A stretch of 63,371 nt of DNA, filler included, from Dugesia japonica (GCA_001938525.1; 5 parts of 5 records of this genome joined end to end with filler, not necessarily neighbours in it), one strand, 5' to 3'. Shown: positions 12,400 to 26,721, counted from the whole stretch's first letter. Notes: generated by a model from the letters alone, not told the origin. Translations and numbers: made by a program.

Positions 12400-13400
12400 T
12401 TTGTTAGTGAAGCTAAAAACAACAGCTATAATAATAAAGATAATGGGTTTGATAAAGATGATGAAGGTTATTCTTTGATTGATGATGATACCAAATATGA
12501 AGTTTCCGAAATAATCAATCTAGCCGAGATATTAAATGATGTTCGCACTATTGTGAAATTGTTCAAAAGTTCGTAATGACATTTTTCAACAAAAAAATTT
12601 TATTAAACTTGTTCATGAACTACATCTAAAACTTGATGTGAAACAGATGAAATTCAATTCATCCTATGTTAGAGACATTTTTAAAATGTAATAAATTCAT
12701 CGAAGAAGTATTAAAAGAATATTGTAATTTAATTTGAGAAATTGATTTAAAAGTGGTTAAACAGTTATGAGTTATTATGGAACTATTGNNNNNNNNNNNN
12801 NNNNNNNNNNNNNNNNNNNNNNNNNNNNNNNNNNNNNNNNNNNNNNNNNNNNNNNNNNNNNNNNNNNNNNNNNNNNNNNNNNNNNNNNNNNNNNNNNNNN
12901 NNNNNNNNNNNNNNNNNNNNNNNNNNNNNNNNNNNNNNNNNNNNNNNNNNNNGAATTAAGTTTAACTTTTTGTTACCTTGCCTTCTTCATAAAAAAGTAC
13001 CAACTAAAGAAACTTAAAATTTTGATTCAAGTTTTAAAACAGATTATATCCTCATATATCGTCATCAGCAGGTGAAAATTATGGAGAAAGCCTAGATGAT
13101 CTGAATATTGATGGCGATATTGCTACTCTGCCATATGAAATAAATGCTGCAATAAATAATGCTGCCAAAAGGGAGTAGAAAAACAATTTAGTTCCCTAAG
13201 AGATGAATTTGCCATTTATAAGAACACGGACAAGAGAACTATAATTCTTCAACAATTATACGACGCAATTTAACGATTCGCTCAATATCAACCGAATCTA
13301 AAAGGGTACTTTTAGTTTCAGCAAATTTCACCCGGTAATTAATATCTTGTCTTAGCGTTTATTCATTGAATTCTTTAATGTTTTCAAAGATTTTTTAGAA
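12400..13400 (+). mobile_element. hAT (Ac-like) transposase remnant
   Basis: VRTIVKLFKSS and LKLDV (degenerate LDVxTRWNS motif); C-terminal dimerisation-like ISTESKRV; interrupted by an N gap. Confidence 0.7.
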
Positions 13401-14532
13401 TAAATAATACCTAAACGTATGAATATTTTTACTTTTATATTTTTTTTTTGAGTTTTTTAATTTTTTGTTTTCTTTAATTCTAATATTCTATATATTATAT
13501 TATTTTGCTTGTCTAACTTTTATATTATTTAATTTTTCATATAAATAGTACTATTACAAAAACTGAATTACTTGTTTTTTATTAGTATAAATCATTGTAT
13601 ATATTTGATCAAATTGTGCAATAAAAATTTAAAAACTGGAAACTGAATATTCGTTGGGAAATGTCAAATTTTGAAATTTTGATTTTTCAATCCAAAAAGG
13701 TCGGATGGTTTCGAATTTAGTACCAATCGTCTTAAAATTAAACACCAAACATTTTTCTTAAAGGGTTTTCTGTAAAATATGCTTGGTACTATGGGAAAAG
13801 TTAGTAGCGCACTATAACACTTTGACTTGTTCTATTAATTTCTCAAACAAAACTTATCGTATCGCTTTGAAAATGTAACCATTTGATTCAGAATAAAATT
13901 CTAAACACATTTTATGTACAGTATGCTGTAAAGATGTGCTTCGTTCTCAAGTTAGAAAATTTCCGGGCACCATGTTCCACCTTGGATTTAAAATTATTTA
14001 CACTATAAATACTTTTGATAATCAAACAAATCTGATATCGTTGAATTCAAAATAAAAAACTGAACATTCTTATGTTATTTAAAATTGTTCATGCTCATTT
14101 TAATTCATAATTTTTAGAATCAAATTTTAATTATAATTGAAAATTGATTTCCACTGAAAAAATTTAAAATAATAAAATTACATTGATAAAATTTAAAAAT
14201 ATTAAAATAACACTATAACGAAAACACACAAAATTCAAATTTATAAAAATCAAACAAATTTAAAAAATTGAAACAACATAGAAAACTATTTACAAAATAA
14301 AACTATTAATTAAATCTTTAATAACATATTTTTTTGTTAAAATATTTTTCTTGATTTTCTTTGTTTTCTGTACACACATGAGATATANNNNNNNNNNNNN
14401 NNNNNNNNNNNNNNNNNNNNNNNNNNNNNNNNNNNNNNNNNNNNNNNNNNNNNNNNNNNNNNNNNNNNNNNNNNNNNNNNNNNNNNNNNNNNNNNNNNNN
14501 NNNNNNNNNNNNNNNNNNNNNNNNNNNNNNNN

Positions 14533-15330
14533 ATGCTTATGTTCTTGTCAATTCAAAATTTTTTGTCGTCATAATTAGTAAGTGCTACTTTCGGACCCAT
14601 AAAACTATAAAACTGATGATTTTTATTCCCAAACTTGAATTAGTTCACTGAAATCCTTTCATTATCATTATAACAGTCTAGATACGACTGATGTGTAATG
14701 CTAATATCTTTCAGTGTTATTTCCTTGGCTTTCATGCTAGCTTTTTTCTTAAGTAAACATTTTGTCCCCAGGAATATCCATTTTCTATATCTTCCCCCCA
14801 TACTTTCGTCATTAAGCTTTCCACAACTGAATTCAGGTTCTAACTGTGCAGAGGATCACTTGTCTTATAATTCAATGTGTCCAATAGCTTATCTTTCACC
14901 ATAAACACAAGTAATTTTTCAAGCTTAATGTTTTTAACCTCAAGCAAAAACTATCTGTGTCACCGACTACTATATTTATCTCATATTTTATATTTTGTGG
15001 TACTTTTCAAGCTGAATATATTGGAGCTGGTAAATTCCCAATTTACTAAGATCTAATACTGTTTGACCAATGTAGCTGGGTCGATCCAAACATATCACCT
15101 TCTTGTTGAGTTGAACAGCTATTAAATTGTTATCTATTTTCATTGCTCTTCAAAAACCTGACTTTAAAGTGTAAGTAATCAGCTTTAAAAACCACCAGGT
15201 TGATTATTTTCTTTAAATATTCCACGCTTTTCTCATATAGACTATTGTTTAATAGCTTGTAACAGTTCTTCTGCGATTTGGTTTTACTGTGTGATCTTAG
15301 NTCTGGTTNTGTTAGGGTTGAGTAAATTTA
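14533..15330 (-). pseudogene. Polinton/Maverick-type protein-primed DNA polymerase B, C-terminal fragment
   Basis: Minus-strand manual translation: KNCYKLLNNSLY (motif B), LDRPSYIGQTVLDLSK, GDTDSF (motif C), LDTLNY..LNDES, MKAKE, KVALTNYDDKK. Confidence 0.85.
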
Positions 15331-16544
15331 CATTCTAATAAAATATGAAATTAATTGAAACCTGTAAAATAAAAGAATAATGATTGTGAGTATCGATTCA
15401 TGAATTTCGGATGTCTGAGATTTTTTAATTTTTATATTTAATATTAAGANNNNNNNNNNNNNNNNNNNNNNNNNNNNNNNNNNNNNNNNNNNNNNNNNNN
15501 NNNNNNNNNNNNNNNNNNNNNNNNNNNNNNNNNNNNNNNNNNNNNNNNNNNNNNNNNNNNNNNNNNNNNNNNNNNNNNNNNNNNNNNNNNNNNNNNNNNN
15601 NNNNNNNNNNNNNNNNNNNNNNAAAAACCAATATTTTTGAAAAATATTTTATTAAGATTTCTCAGATTATTTGTTTGAACTTTGTGAATTGTTATTCATA
15701 TTTTTATTTTTTAATAAAAGACTTGTAATAATCAATAAACAATTTAAGGTGACTTGTAAGACTTTAAATTTAACTAATAATGATAATAATTTATGCTAAA
15801 TAATGTAAATATGTATTATAAATGTAATTTCAAGTATGTGTATGCATGCGTATGTTTGAGTACTATCTGGATCATTAAAATTGAGCAAATATAAATAAAT
15901 AAAATATTAATTAATTAATTAAAATATTATATTATTAATAAGCGGAAANNNNNNNNNNNNNNNNNNNNNNNNNNNNNNNNNNNNNNNNNNNNNNNNNNAT
16001 GAAAGAAAAAAGAATATAATAAAAAGAGAGATGGGGAGTAACAAAAATTCAAGAGTTTAAGTGACAGATGAAGTTATAACAAGATAAAAACGTGAGAGGT
16101 CGGAATAAACCTCAAAATTTTGCTACAGAAGAGGCGAAAAGAAAATTAAAAGTTGTCAAAAACTTGAAAAGTAAGCAAAATCAGAATCATGGGGCCAGAA
16201 TGAGACTATATAAGCAAATAGATGAAAGTAAAAAGCAGAACTTGAGAACTTAGTAGAATTTAAGATAATTTAAAGAATTATAAAACTTGCTAAGAGGGAA
16301 GTCAAAGATAAATTAAAGTAGCCATGGAGAAAAAGTTTATTGAAATAATTTAAAGAATTAAAGGAAATCATAGGTCTGCGAAAAGAATAAAATATATTTT
16401 GGAAATAAAGAAACGAATTAAAGGAAATCAAAGGAATCAAATGGGAATTGTCGAAATAGTAGAAGCTAGAGCTCTATTCAATCATTACTCATCAAATCAA
16501 GCCAATTGACTCAACTCAGACTAATCAATTATCTTACCATCGTA

Positions 16545-17330
16545 GTTAATGTGGGAATTTTCTCTGAATTTTAAATTTTGTTTTAATTTTTGTTTTCTGG
16601 TTGTTTTAAAATGTTCTTAAAAAGGTATGGAGGTATTGAGGACGTAGAGTATTGTGTATGTATGCTTGTGGGAAGTGTGTGTATGTTATCATATTATTTT
16701 TGTGGTTTATGTTGTGTGTGTAAACAGGTATTGTAAAAATCAGAAATTTCACTCAAAATGTATGTTTTCGTGAGTGTATTCATTTTTTTGAGGTTTTGAT
16801 GATAGATTTGTTGTAGACCACGATGTCAATCTATACATTGTTTAAAAGACTTATGACGTAAAATGCGTCAGGGACTGAGAAAGTTGTGAGCACACTGCAC
16901 CAAAGCTATGAGTTATCGTGCATTAATTTAAGAATCGATTTAGGGCTGTGGGTAGTTGATGATTTTGGTGTTGTTGGACAAGTTGGCAAGGGATTTGGGT
17001 TGGTTTGTTGGATTATTGATTTATTTTTTGGAGGATAAAGATTTGTGATTCGTAAGCAGTATATATAGGTGAAAAATCTTATTTGAATTGAAATTATTTG
17101 TGCTGTAAAGAGGATATATGGGTTGATAAGAAAAGGGTGGATTAAGATTTTTCTGATATGCGTGTTTGTGTGTATGAATTTTTAAAAAATCACTTTTAGT
17201 GTAGTGTGAGCTTAAAAAATTTACTTATTTTTATTTTATGATTTAAATAATGAATGAATTTTCTACGAATTTTGTTTAATTTTTTTTCGATTTTTTTTTA
17301 AAAAATTTTGGCGATGGGATTTATATGCCA
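16545..17330 (+). repeat. Dispersed non-coding repeat, related in inverted orientation to 28790-29480
   Basis: Shared blocks CATTTTTTTGAGGTTTTGA.GATAGATT and CAAT.TATACATTG..TAAAAGA.TTATG..G..AAATGCGTC. Confidence 0.65.
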
Positions 17331-17819
17331 AAAATACTGAGATCATTTTTAATAAGATAAAACTTACATATCACACTCAATAACAGTTTTATAGGTTAAT
17401 TTTGGATATTGATCTCAAGAAATTTATTGTTACAAAATGATTACAAAATAAAATTCAAAGTTAGTTGTGAAAAATATTATTTATAGGCTTTTTAATTTGT
17501 CAGTAGTATTTCTAAATTACCGTTTATTGAATATTGTTAAATTTGTCTCATTGATTTCATTTGATTTTATTTTACAAGTTTACTTATTTATATCAAAAAT
17601 GAATTTTACAGAAAATTCTTTTATTCATTGAAATATTTCTAACGTAAAAAATCATTTTAATAACTTCAAAATCATATTTGTTACAATTTATTTTTTTTAA
17701 AAAGATATTTCATATTCAATTTTCATTGGTCATCAATTGTTGNNNNNNNNNNNNNNNNNNNNNNNNNNNNNNNNNNNNNNNNNNNNNNNNNNNNNNNNNN
17801 NNNNNNNNNNNNNNNNNNN

Positions 17820-18424
17820 TTTTTTGTTTTATTATGCAACATCTAATGCCATCTAAATTCGTTTTTTGTATTAATTATAATTGCTCATTAAATATCAATT
17901 CAAAATTTTTTCATTTATATGTGACTGAAAGTCAATTTCACATTGTCAATTTCTCTTCATCATGTCGACATTTGATTAATGAACCTGAGAAATTTATGAG
18001 AATTTCTATTATGACAGAAAATGAACTCATCGCTCGACCATCTATTATTAACTATCGATCTATCAATAGACCAATTTTAGAATCATGTTACATTGGAAGA
18101 TTTTGTTCGAAACTCAAATTAAAATTAGATCGGAATAATTTTTATGTGGATTCTAATCAAGTGGGAATAACAAAATTTTCGATGGATTTATCATTATGTA
18201 GAAGAAACAGTTGTGAAATTTTGGATCAACACTGGTTAAAAATTAATGTTATTAGACCATATCGTTTGTTTGATGATATTTTTGATTATAGTTCAGCGGT
18301 TATTTCTTGTATTCTCGCTCTCTCAGTTGGTTTATCTACAGATACAGAAGCATTAAAACAATCTATATTTAAACCTTCTTTAATAATAATGACTGTGGCT
18401 GTTCAACATATAATTATACCTCTG
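17820..18424 (+). CDS. 5' exon of an SLC10-family (sodium/bile acid symporter, P3-like) transporter; start obscured by N gap, downstream exons not found
   Basis: Longest clean frame in the window; KINVIRPYRLFDDIF..SCILALSVGLSTDTEALKQSIFKPSLIIMTVAVQHIIIPL fits SLC10 TM1-TM2 (G..LD......+P.......Q...MPL); ends at a phase-0 GTAAGA donor at 18425. Confidence 0.75.
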
Positions 18425-19029
18425 GTAAGATTATTTTTAGTGTTTTAGTTTATTGTCGTTTAATTAACTCATTTGTGCACACGCCTAGTTTTCTAAAATA
18501 GCTTTTATATTTTCTTATTAACACTTCAACTGATGGCAATAGATGCATAAAAATTACTGATACTGGTTGATAAAATATACAATATAGAATTACTTTCATT
18601 TTAATGAAATCTTAGAGGAAATGAAATTTGCATTATTAATCACTTAAAATTAAATTTATTTTATGATTAAGAATGAAATATAATATCTAAAATACAAATT
18701 TTCAATAATATAAATATTAAAATCANNNNNNNNNNNNNNNNNNNNNNNNNNNNNNNNNNNNNNNNNNNNNNNNNNNNNNNNNNNNNNNNNNNNNNNNNNN
18801 NNNNNNNGGGTTGCAAATACGTTAACTATATTTTCTTTCATCAAATAATTAGTAGTATAAATTAGGATTTTATGTTTCACTTACTAAATTTGAATTGTTT
18901 ATTTCTAAAACAATTTAAGACAATCATTTAAAGATATTTTGACATAATAAAACGATAAATAACATTTTACAAGGTTTTCATAACATTTTGACATTTAACT
19001 ATTATCATTCAAATTATAAAAAATATAAT

Positions 19030-19805
19030 TATAAGACCAAGATGATATACTACCTTTCCTTGAATATATGAACAGTCTTCATCAAAATATGAAATTCACN
19101 ATAGAAGTTGAAAAAGAAGGTAAACTACCATTCTTAGATGTTCTTGTTTGTAGACAGGGTTGCAACTATAATACATCGCTATATAAAAAATCAACAGACA
19201 CAGGACTTTATACCGCTCCTAAAAGTTTTTGTGATGATCGATATAAGAATGGATTNNNNNNNNNNNNNNNNNNNNNNNNNNNNNNNNNNNNNNNNNNNNN
19301 NNNNNNNNNNNNNNNNNNNNNNNNNNNNNNNNNNNNNNNNNNNNNNNNNNNNNNNNNNNNNNNNNNNNNNNNNNNNNNNNNNNNNNNNNNNNNNNNNNNN
19401 NATCAAATAATGACCAAGAAGAAAACATTAAAAATAATCAAGAAAAAATAACTATAAAACTACCATTCTTGGAAGAATCTAAATCATTAAAATGCTCTCT
19501 CGTGAAATATTTTGATGATAATAAATTTAAATTCATTTTCAGTTCAAAGAAAACCTCAAGTTATTTAAGCAACAAATCTACTACAACAAAAGCTTTACTC
19601 GCTAACTTAGTTTATCCATTTAATTTTAACGAGTGTGATGCCATGTACATTGGAGAGACAAAACGTCATCTTCGTACACGTGTTAGCGAGCATATGCAAT
19701 TGAGTAGGAAAAGTTCGGTTTTAGATCATGCCTGTTTCTGCAAAAGTAGAAAAGACAAAATAAGCATTGATGAGTTTACAGTTTTGAAACTGCTGTTAGC
19801 GAATT
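19030..19805 (+). mobile_element. Penelope-like element 3' fragment (RT thumb + GIY-YIG endonuclease)
   Basis: MNSLHQNMKFxIEVEKEGKLPFLDVLV..LYKKSTDTGLY; NLVY.F...CDAMYIGETKRHLRTRVSEH. Confidence 0.9.
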
Positions 19806-20440
19806 GAGCAAAAATGATGCATATCTCATAACAGTTGAGGGAGTTTACAAATTTTTGTTTGAAAAAATGCAACCTATCCAAGCTGCTACATGGTATTAAA
19901 AGAAGGATGGAGTAAAGAAGAGATCCAGTCTTAATGACACTTATTATTTATCTACATGGTGGAAATGCACCAAGTTCAAACGATTATTTTCAATATTCTT
20001 CAAAAAATGCAACAATTTCATTTGCTGAAAAAATTATGAAACAATCATATCCAAAAGTATTTATTGAAGAAAGTAATAATGATAATTCCACATCATCTTC
20101 AACTGATGATGTAAAAGAATGATCACCACAAGCTGAATTATGAAAAGAATTGCAAAATGCAATAAGTTCCATTACAGAAAAATTTAATGCTAATAATGAA
20201 ACAAATAATAAATATAATGTACTGGAAAAAGAATTTCACCAATTGGATTTATTCAAAAAACGATTNNNNNNNNNNNNNNNNNNNNNNNNNNNATTGATTA
20301 CTATACGACCTATCTCAACAGCATTTGAAAGAGTGTTATCAACAGCAGATGCAATAAAATCGAAAAGGAGATTAAAGTTAAATGTAGAAACTTTCAATTC
20401 CCTTCTATTTTTAAAATATATGTTTAAAAGTAATACATAA
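19806..20440 (+). mobile_element. hAT transposase C-terminal remnant
   Basis: LITIRPISTAFERVLSTA..KSKRRLKLNVETFNSLLFLK is a hAT dimerisation domain. Confidence 0.8.
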
Positions 20441-20793
20441 AATATGTATATAACTAATAGTCTTGTGCGATATTCCTTTTATTTAATATTTACTTTTATA
20501 GCTTTTATTAAAACTTCCAGTTTCAAATACAACTATCCTTCGTATCACTGATTAATCACTAACTGATAAAAATCAATATAATCAGTTGTGACGTTCTCAT
20601 TAGCAGATACCTCTATAACAAAAGCATTAAAAATATTAAACGGTTTTTTAATAATTTTATTACTATAATATTATTTTTGATAATCTTTTTTAAAGTTTTA
20701 GTAAATTATTCGAATATTTTTAAAACTTTTCTATTCGTTATTGGAATTATTGAAAACCTTGAATAGTTGGAATGTCTAATGCTATTCAATACT

Positions 20794-20893
20794 NNNNNNN
20801 NNNNNNNNNNNNNNNNNNNNNNNNNNNNNNNNNNNNNTTAATTAATTAANNNNNNNNNNNNNNNNNNNNNNNNNNNNNNNNNNNNNNNNNNNN
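20794..20893. other. Synthetic scaffold spacer
   Basis: 44 N + TTAATTAATTAA + 44 N. Confidence 0.95.
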
Positions 20894-21398
20894 CAATTAC
20901 ACATCCATTTAAATCAGATACATTTACTCTCAATTTACTCACAAAAATACAAATGACAATGTAAGAATATTACCTTATTCATAGTCACATCTTTCAGGCA
21001 TGATAATGGAATCAGCTCGGTAGAAAACTACTAAATCCTGTTAATAAGGTAATTGAATGCCAAGATTTCTTATTAAAACTTTGTAAATGGTCTTTTGCAT
21101 ATATTTGTTAATAATTAAATGTTTTTGTTGTAGTCTTTATCATTTTCTTTATCATTTTCTTTATCATTTTCATTTTTTTATAATTTTAAAATTTCATTGT
21201 ACATCATGATNNNNNNNNNNNNNNNNNNNNNNNNNNNNNNNNNNNNNNNNNNNNNNNNNNNNNNNNNNNNNNNNNNNNNNNNNNNNNNNNNNNNNNNNNN
21301 NNNNNNNNNNNNNNNNNNNNNNNNNNNNNNNNNNNNNNNNNNNNNNNNNNNNNNNNNNNNNNNNNNNNNNNNNNNNNNNNNNNNNNNNNNNNNNNNNN

Positions 21399-21463
<65 letters not shown>
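21399..21463. repeat. (ATT)n microsatellite
   Basis: Perfect trinucleotide run next to a gap. Confidence 0.95.
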
Positions 21464-21987
21464 GAAATAGTTTATTATTATATATTAATCAAATTTAAAT
21501 AGTAATTTACAACTTCTTTCGCTGACATTTAATTCTACAATTTTTTAATTTCGTCGAATCAAATATAAAATATTGATTTTCTGTAAGCAAATTCGAAAAT
21601 GATTGGTAAAGTTGAAAGGTTTTCAATGTTTACAGAACATGTTTTAAATAAATTTTTTATAAAACTTAGATGTCAAATTTCGAAAGAAATTTTTCATATA
21701 AATTATATTAGATTTTAATACATGATGCGGAATTTATTTCTTTTAGAAATTAATTTCTACCTCCAAAAAATTAATTCTTCAATTAATTAAACACTAATAC
21801 AAACGCTAAAAATAAGACCATTTAAATTAAAGAATAGATCAAAAAAACCCAAATACATTTTTAATTAATTATAATAAAAACTGTCATGAATCTGAATACG
21901 ACATTCAGAAACGTTAATGCTGTGTTCCGGAAAAACAATTATCACAATTATCACAGTGCATGCAAATTAGGTGACATAATATATTCT

Positions 21988-22135
21988 ATCAATTCCTGAC
22001 GAAGACAAAGTCGAAATATCGTATTAATCTCAAAAAACCAAATTTTGATCGAAGCTATTATTTTAAATGAATTCTAAAAAACGATCTATGATTACGTCTA
22101 ACAATTAATCTCGCAATAATTGCAATTGTAAATAT
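21988..22135 (+). repeat. Dispersed repeat, also at about 35738-35895 and partly at 26760-26836
   Basis: Shared TCAATTCCTGA..AAGACAAAGTC and AAATTTTGATCGAAGC..TTATTTTAAA.GAATTCTAAAAAACGATC. Confidence 0.8.
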
Positions 22136-23094
22136 CTATACGAAAAAATATTTCCATATTTTATTCAAGTAGAAATAAATTTCTAGTAAAAGTGAATTCT
22201 TTAAATTAAATAAATTTGAGAAAGTAATTGTAAATTAATAATAACTGTTTTAAATTAATTTTTTTAATTTTTTGATAAATTAAAATTTAATTTCAAATTA
22301 TTTTGATAATTAAATTGTGATGGAAGATTTGTTTAAAAACTTTGCATTAACTAATCATGAAAAATTTTTTGTTATTAAAATAAAAAAAAATTATTTTTAA
22401 ATAATAATTCCGATTTTTAATTTATTTACTCTTGATTAATTATAATACATGAAATTATAATTAATTTTCAAAAGATTTTTAAAATATAACTTGCGACCGG
22501 ATATTTTTAAAATTTTATTAAATATTTATTAAAATTCTTCAACATTTTAAACGATTAAATTTATTATATTTCAAAAGAAATTTGATGAAATCTGAAAATA
22601 TTTAAAAAGAAAATAAGATATTTGATCTATCTATTTTACTAACCTCAAAGAATTCGGCAAAGTTTTAAAACGAGAAAAAAAGTAGAAATAGAAATTAAAT
22701 AATTTAAATTATAAAAATATAATTTGTATAAGTTATATAAATATAAATATATATACTTACTCTGTCCCATAAAAGTAGATTTAATAAAAATAATTTTAAT
22801 TTTTAATAATTATTATTAACATTTTATTTCGAATATATTTGAAAAATTTTCTTGGTTTTTTAATTTTTTAAAAATCCACTTTTTTATAGATATAATAGAG
22901 AATATCGACACTAAATTAATTTTTATTTTTCATTGAAATTTGCGAATGACAGATAACTGGTGGTTTGGATCCTTCACTGATCACTGATTGATTTAAATAA
23001 AGGTTATATTAATAAAGGTTATATCCAAACTAGACAGTATCTTATAAAAATATTAAACGGACTGTAAGGCCAATTTAGTTTTTACAATGAAATT

Positions 23095-23440
23095 TTATTC
23101 TAAAATCCATTGGTCAATATTGTAGACAATTTGCTGCTATTTCTCTGTCAATATCATGATTCCTTTTTCAAAAAATTTCTGATTTTGTTCAGCAAAATAT
23201 ACTTCCAGGAACATTTTAATATTGTCACCTAAGTAAAACTTTTTCCGGCCACAGAGTTTTGAAGAGACAGAAACAAATAGTAGTCTGTTAGTACCATAGT
23301 CATCATATCCCAGCACACGTTTGATAATCTTTACTGAGTCATCAAGGAGATGCGAGGTTTTACGTTGTGATGGAAAATAGTTCCTCCGAAATTTGCCAAT
23401 TTGGACATTTGTGCTGCAAGTAATTATTTTATTTGTTTAA
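23095..23440 (-). mobile_element. mariner transposase C-terminal remnant
   Basis: TIFHHNVKPR (HDNARPH-like), TDYYLFLSLQN, FFEKGIMILTEK*QQIV. Confidence 0.8.
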
Positions 23441-25074
23441 TTGCTNNNNNNNNNNNNNNNNNNNNNNNNNNNNNNNNNNNNNNNNNNNNNNNNNNNNNNN
23501 NNNNNNNNNNNNNNNNNNNNNNNNNNNNNNNNNNNNNNNNNNNNNNNNNNNNNNNNNNNNNNNNNNNCCTTCCTTTGTTTGTCCTTCCAAAGCTTATGTA
23601 GTTAAAATTACTCTTGCTTATTTCATTATTAAAATTCTTAATATATTAAAAATTGTGAAGGTTATAAAATAATTCTCAACTCAAATATGAAATTACAGTT
23701 CTGTATTACATTGAAATATACAACTTTGTTATTCGTTGGAAAATAGAAATAAATTAATGATTAAGTCGTAATTCATATAAAAACAGTAAAGAAAGAAAGT
23801 AAAGAAAAATAACGTCACAAAAAATCTACAAAACACAACCCTGACGAAATAAAAAGAAAATTTGTCGTGGGAATACATGAGTCATCGTAGAAAATAATAG
23901 TTCTGCAATAGAAAATATGAGCTTAACACAGAAAATAATGGGTTCANCGTTAAAATAATATTTTTAACATAACAAAATACATGTTAGTAGGTACATATGA
24001 GTGCACGGCACCCCCTCTTCCCTCTCTTGTGTGAAAAGGTTATTACATAAGTGGTTCAGAAATTTTTATGTAAAAAGACAGGGGCACATATTTAATCGAG
24101 CTGGTCAGTTTGGTTAATTTTTTGCTTGTTTTGGTTAATTTAAGGTACTTTAGGCTTATTTTTCTCGGGAATTTCCTCGGCATGGTCAATTTGGAATCAT
24201 TTTTAGACACTCATGGTTAATTATTTACTTACAAGGGTTAGTTTAAGGTGAATTTGAGTGATTATTTCCTCATAATGGTTAGTTTGGGTTGAATTGTTTA
24301 CCGAAATTTATAGGAAAAGTCAAATTTGTTTAAATTATAAGGGTTTTTAAAGATAATTTAACGGTTCATTTTATTAAAACAATATGAAAATTTTCATATT
24401 TTTAAAATGAATTTTTTATCGAAAAAAAATTTATCGAAAAAAAAATTTTTATCCCAAGTTTCGAAATTTTTTTATTCAACATTCAGAATGACCTCGGTAT
24501 CATTTTTATCTAAACATAATTTATTCGAAAAGGTTTTTGTTCTCAAATTTAATTATAAACTAGTCGAATCGATAGAGTATTTTCCGCTGATCTCGTAAAC
24601 TCTTTTCTGGGGCTGAGAAAAATTGGATGAACCCGAGAATTTTAGAAATTTTTACTTCTCAAATTGTAATAATCACATACTTTTCGTACTTACACTCATC
24701 AAGAAAAACATCACCTAAAATCGTCAAACTTAATTTTGACATAAAAAATTCGAAAAACTATGGTCAAAGATCCACACAAATAAAAAATTATTTTTTGCAT
24801 TTTTATCCAAATTTAATGATCAATGTACAATTAAAAAGAAAATTTTATGATTATCATGAATATATACGTTAGAAACCGGTCAAATCAAATTACTTTGAAA
24901 AAAGTTAAAAGTTTTTATTAGGGCTAATAATTTACTCGATTCGGTCTATTTTTGGGTAGTTTTTAGGTTTTTTTTAATCGATAAGATCGAATTAGATCTG
25001 TTTTGCTGGTTTTTAGATGAATTAGAAGGAAATTTTACTCATCATCGATCTTTTCTCTCACCTATGGGTTTTTC

Positions 25075-25200
25075 ACACAATACACTGGTCTTCAGTTATC
25101 AGTGCTCTACTTACTGTGCACTGGTGTTCAGTAATAAATACTCTTCTACTGTTTACTTGTATCTAATCATCAATGCTCTTCACTCTTAACTAGTGGTAAA
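25075..25200. repeat. Short tandem repeat, about 36-bp unit
   Basis: CACTGGT(C/G)TTCAGT..T.A.T.CTCT..ACT repeated 3-4 times. Confidence 0.55.
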
Positions 25201-26721
25201 TTTACAGTTTAATTAATATTTAATTATTAAATTATTTCACCTGTTCTATATTTTTACTTGTAATTTTGAAATTAAATTAGATTTCATGTATTCATGTTCT
25301 ATTATTATGGTTAAAAATCTAATTAATGTTCAATTTATAATATGAAGGTTTTATTTTGCATTGATTTATTGAAATAATTTCTAAACATTTATTTAAAATA
25401 ACCCAAAAATTTGATAGAATAAAATAAATATGATGAATTACATAATTTTCAAATAATTAACTGAAAAAGTTTAAAAAACTTTAATTAAATTGAAAATACA
25501 TTAACTTAAGACGAAATTTTAAATAAATAGTTAAAATTTTGCTTGATAAATTTAAATTTTATAGTACAAATTTCTTATTAAGTATTGAAAATTTTGAAAT
25601 ATTTTGTAACTGTTTATTGAAAATATTGCAAATATGTTGAATAATATTGATTGAATAAATTAATTATGATGGAATAATGTCAAATTTCTTCTCAGTTTAT
25701 TAGTAATGTCCACAAATTTTAATAATTAATAATTTTAATTCATGCATTCCAATTTTTATTAATTGGTACAATTTTTGATTTTGATGGTATGAATTTAAAA
25801 AATGTTTCAATTTTCTAATTAAAGTGAAAACTTTAATTATAATTTTTTTCATTATAATTTTTTAATGTGTTGAATTTTTTTTAAAATTTAGAATAGGAAT
25901 GTTTATTAAGTATTGATAATTTTTTAAATAATTTATAAGTATTTATTACAAATTATTTGAATAATAATGATTGAATAAATTAAGTATGATGGATTTAATA
26001 ATTTTCAAATAATTATTAGACAAGTACCTAAAAACTTTAATATTTAGTGTAAAATACAATAATTTTAGACATTTTAAGTAAGAAATGAAAGTTTACGCTT
26101 TTTTTTTTATTATTTGTACTAGTTGATAAAATTTAAGCTTTTAAAATTAAAAATTAATTATAAAGAGGAAACACCTTGAAAGTTTATGGTTTCACATTCA
26201 GCGAATACTGAAATAAATAGTATAATTTTTTTTCTATGTTACAATTTTTATTCGTATGTTATAATTTCTTATTGTATTGAATTTAAAAGTGAAATTTAAA
26301 ATTTTCATATGTTTAACTATAACTTCACTTTGATTAGGTAAAATTTCTGTGAAGATTTAATTAATTAATAAATTAAAATATTTAAATGGATAAATTAATA
26401 GGTTTGAAAGATTAATGATAGATTAATGAATAATTGATTAGAATTTTAATGATCAAATAAAATTTATTTTACAAGTATATGATAAAGAGTGAATAAAAAA
26501 ATTAGAAATCTATTTTCAAAGGTAATTTCTATATTAAGGTGAAAATATGTGAATAATTAATCGGTTATTGGTTTTAAAGTATATATTCATTGTGAATTTT
26601 AGGGTTGACTATAAGACATAGGCGATGAATAAATTAAATCATTAACTAAGTTATCGATGAGTAAATAAATTCGAAGAGTATTTGAATGTGTTTAAACTGA
26701 TAAATGAAAGTATATAATATC

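Noticed and set aside
21197-21502. Poly-Tyr and X-rich ORFs (also 38820-39068 and others spanning gaps)
   Set aside because: Artefacts of N runs and (ATT)n microsatellites
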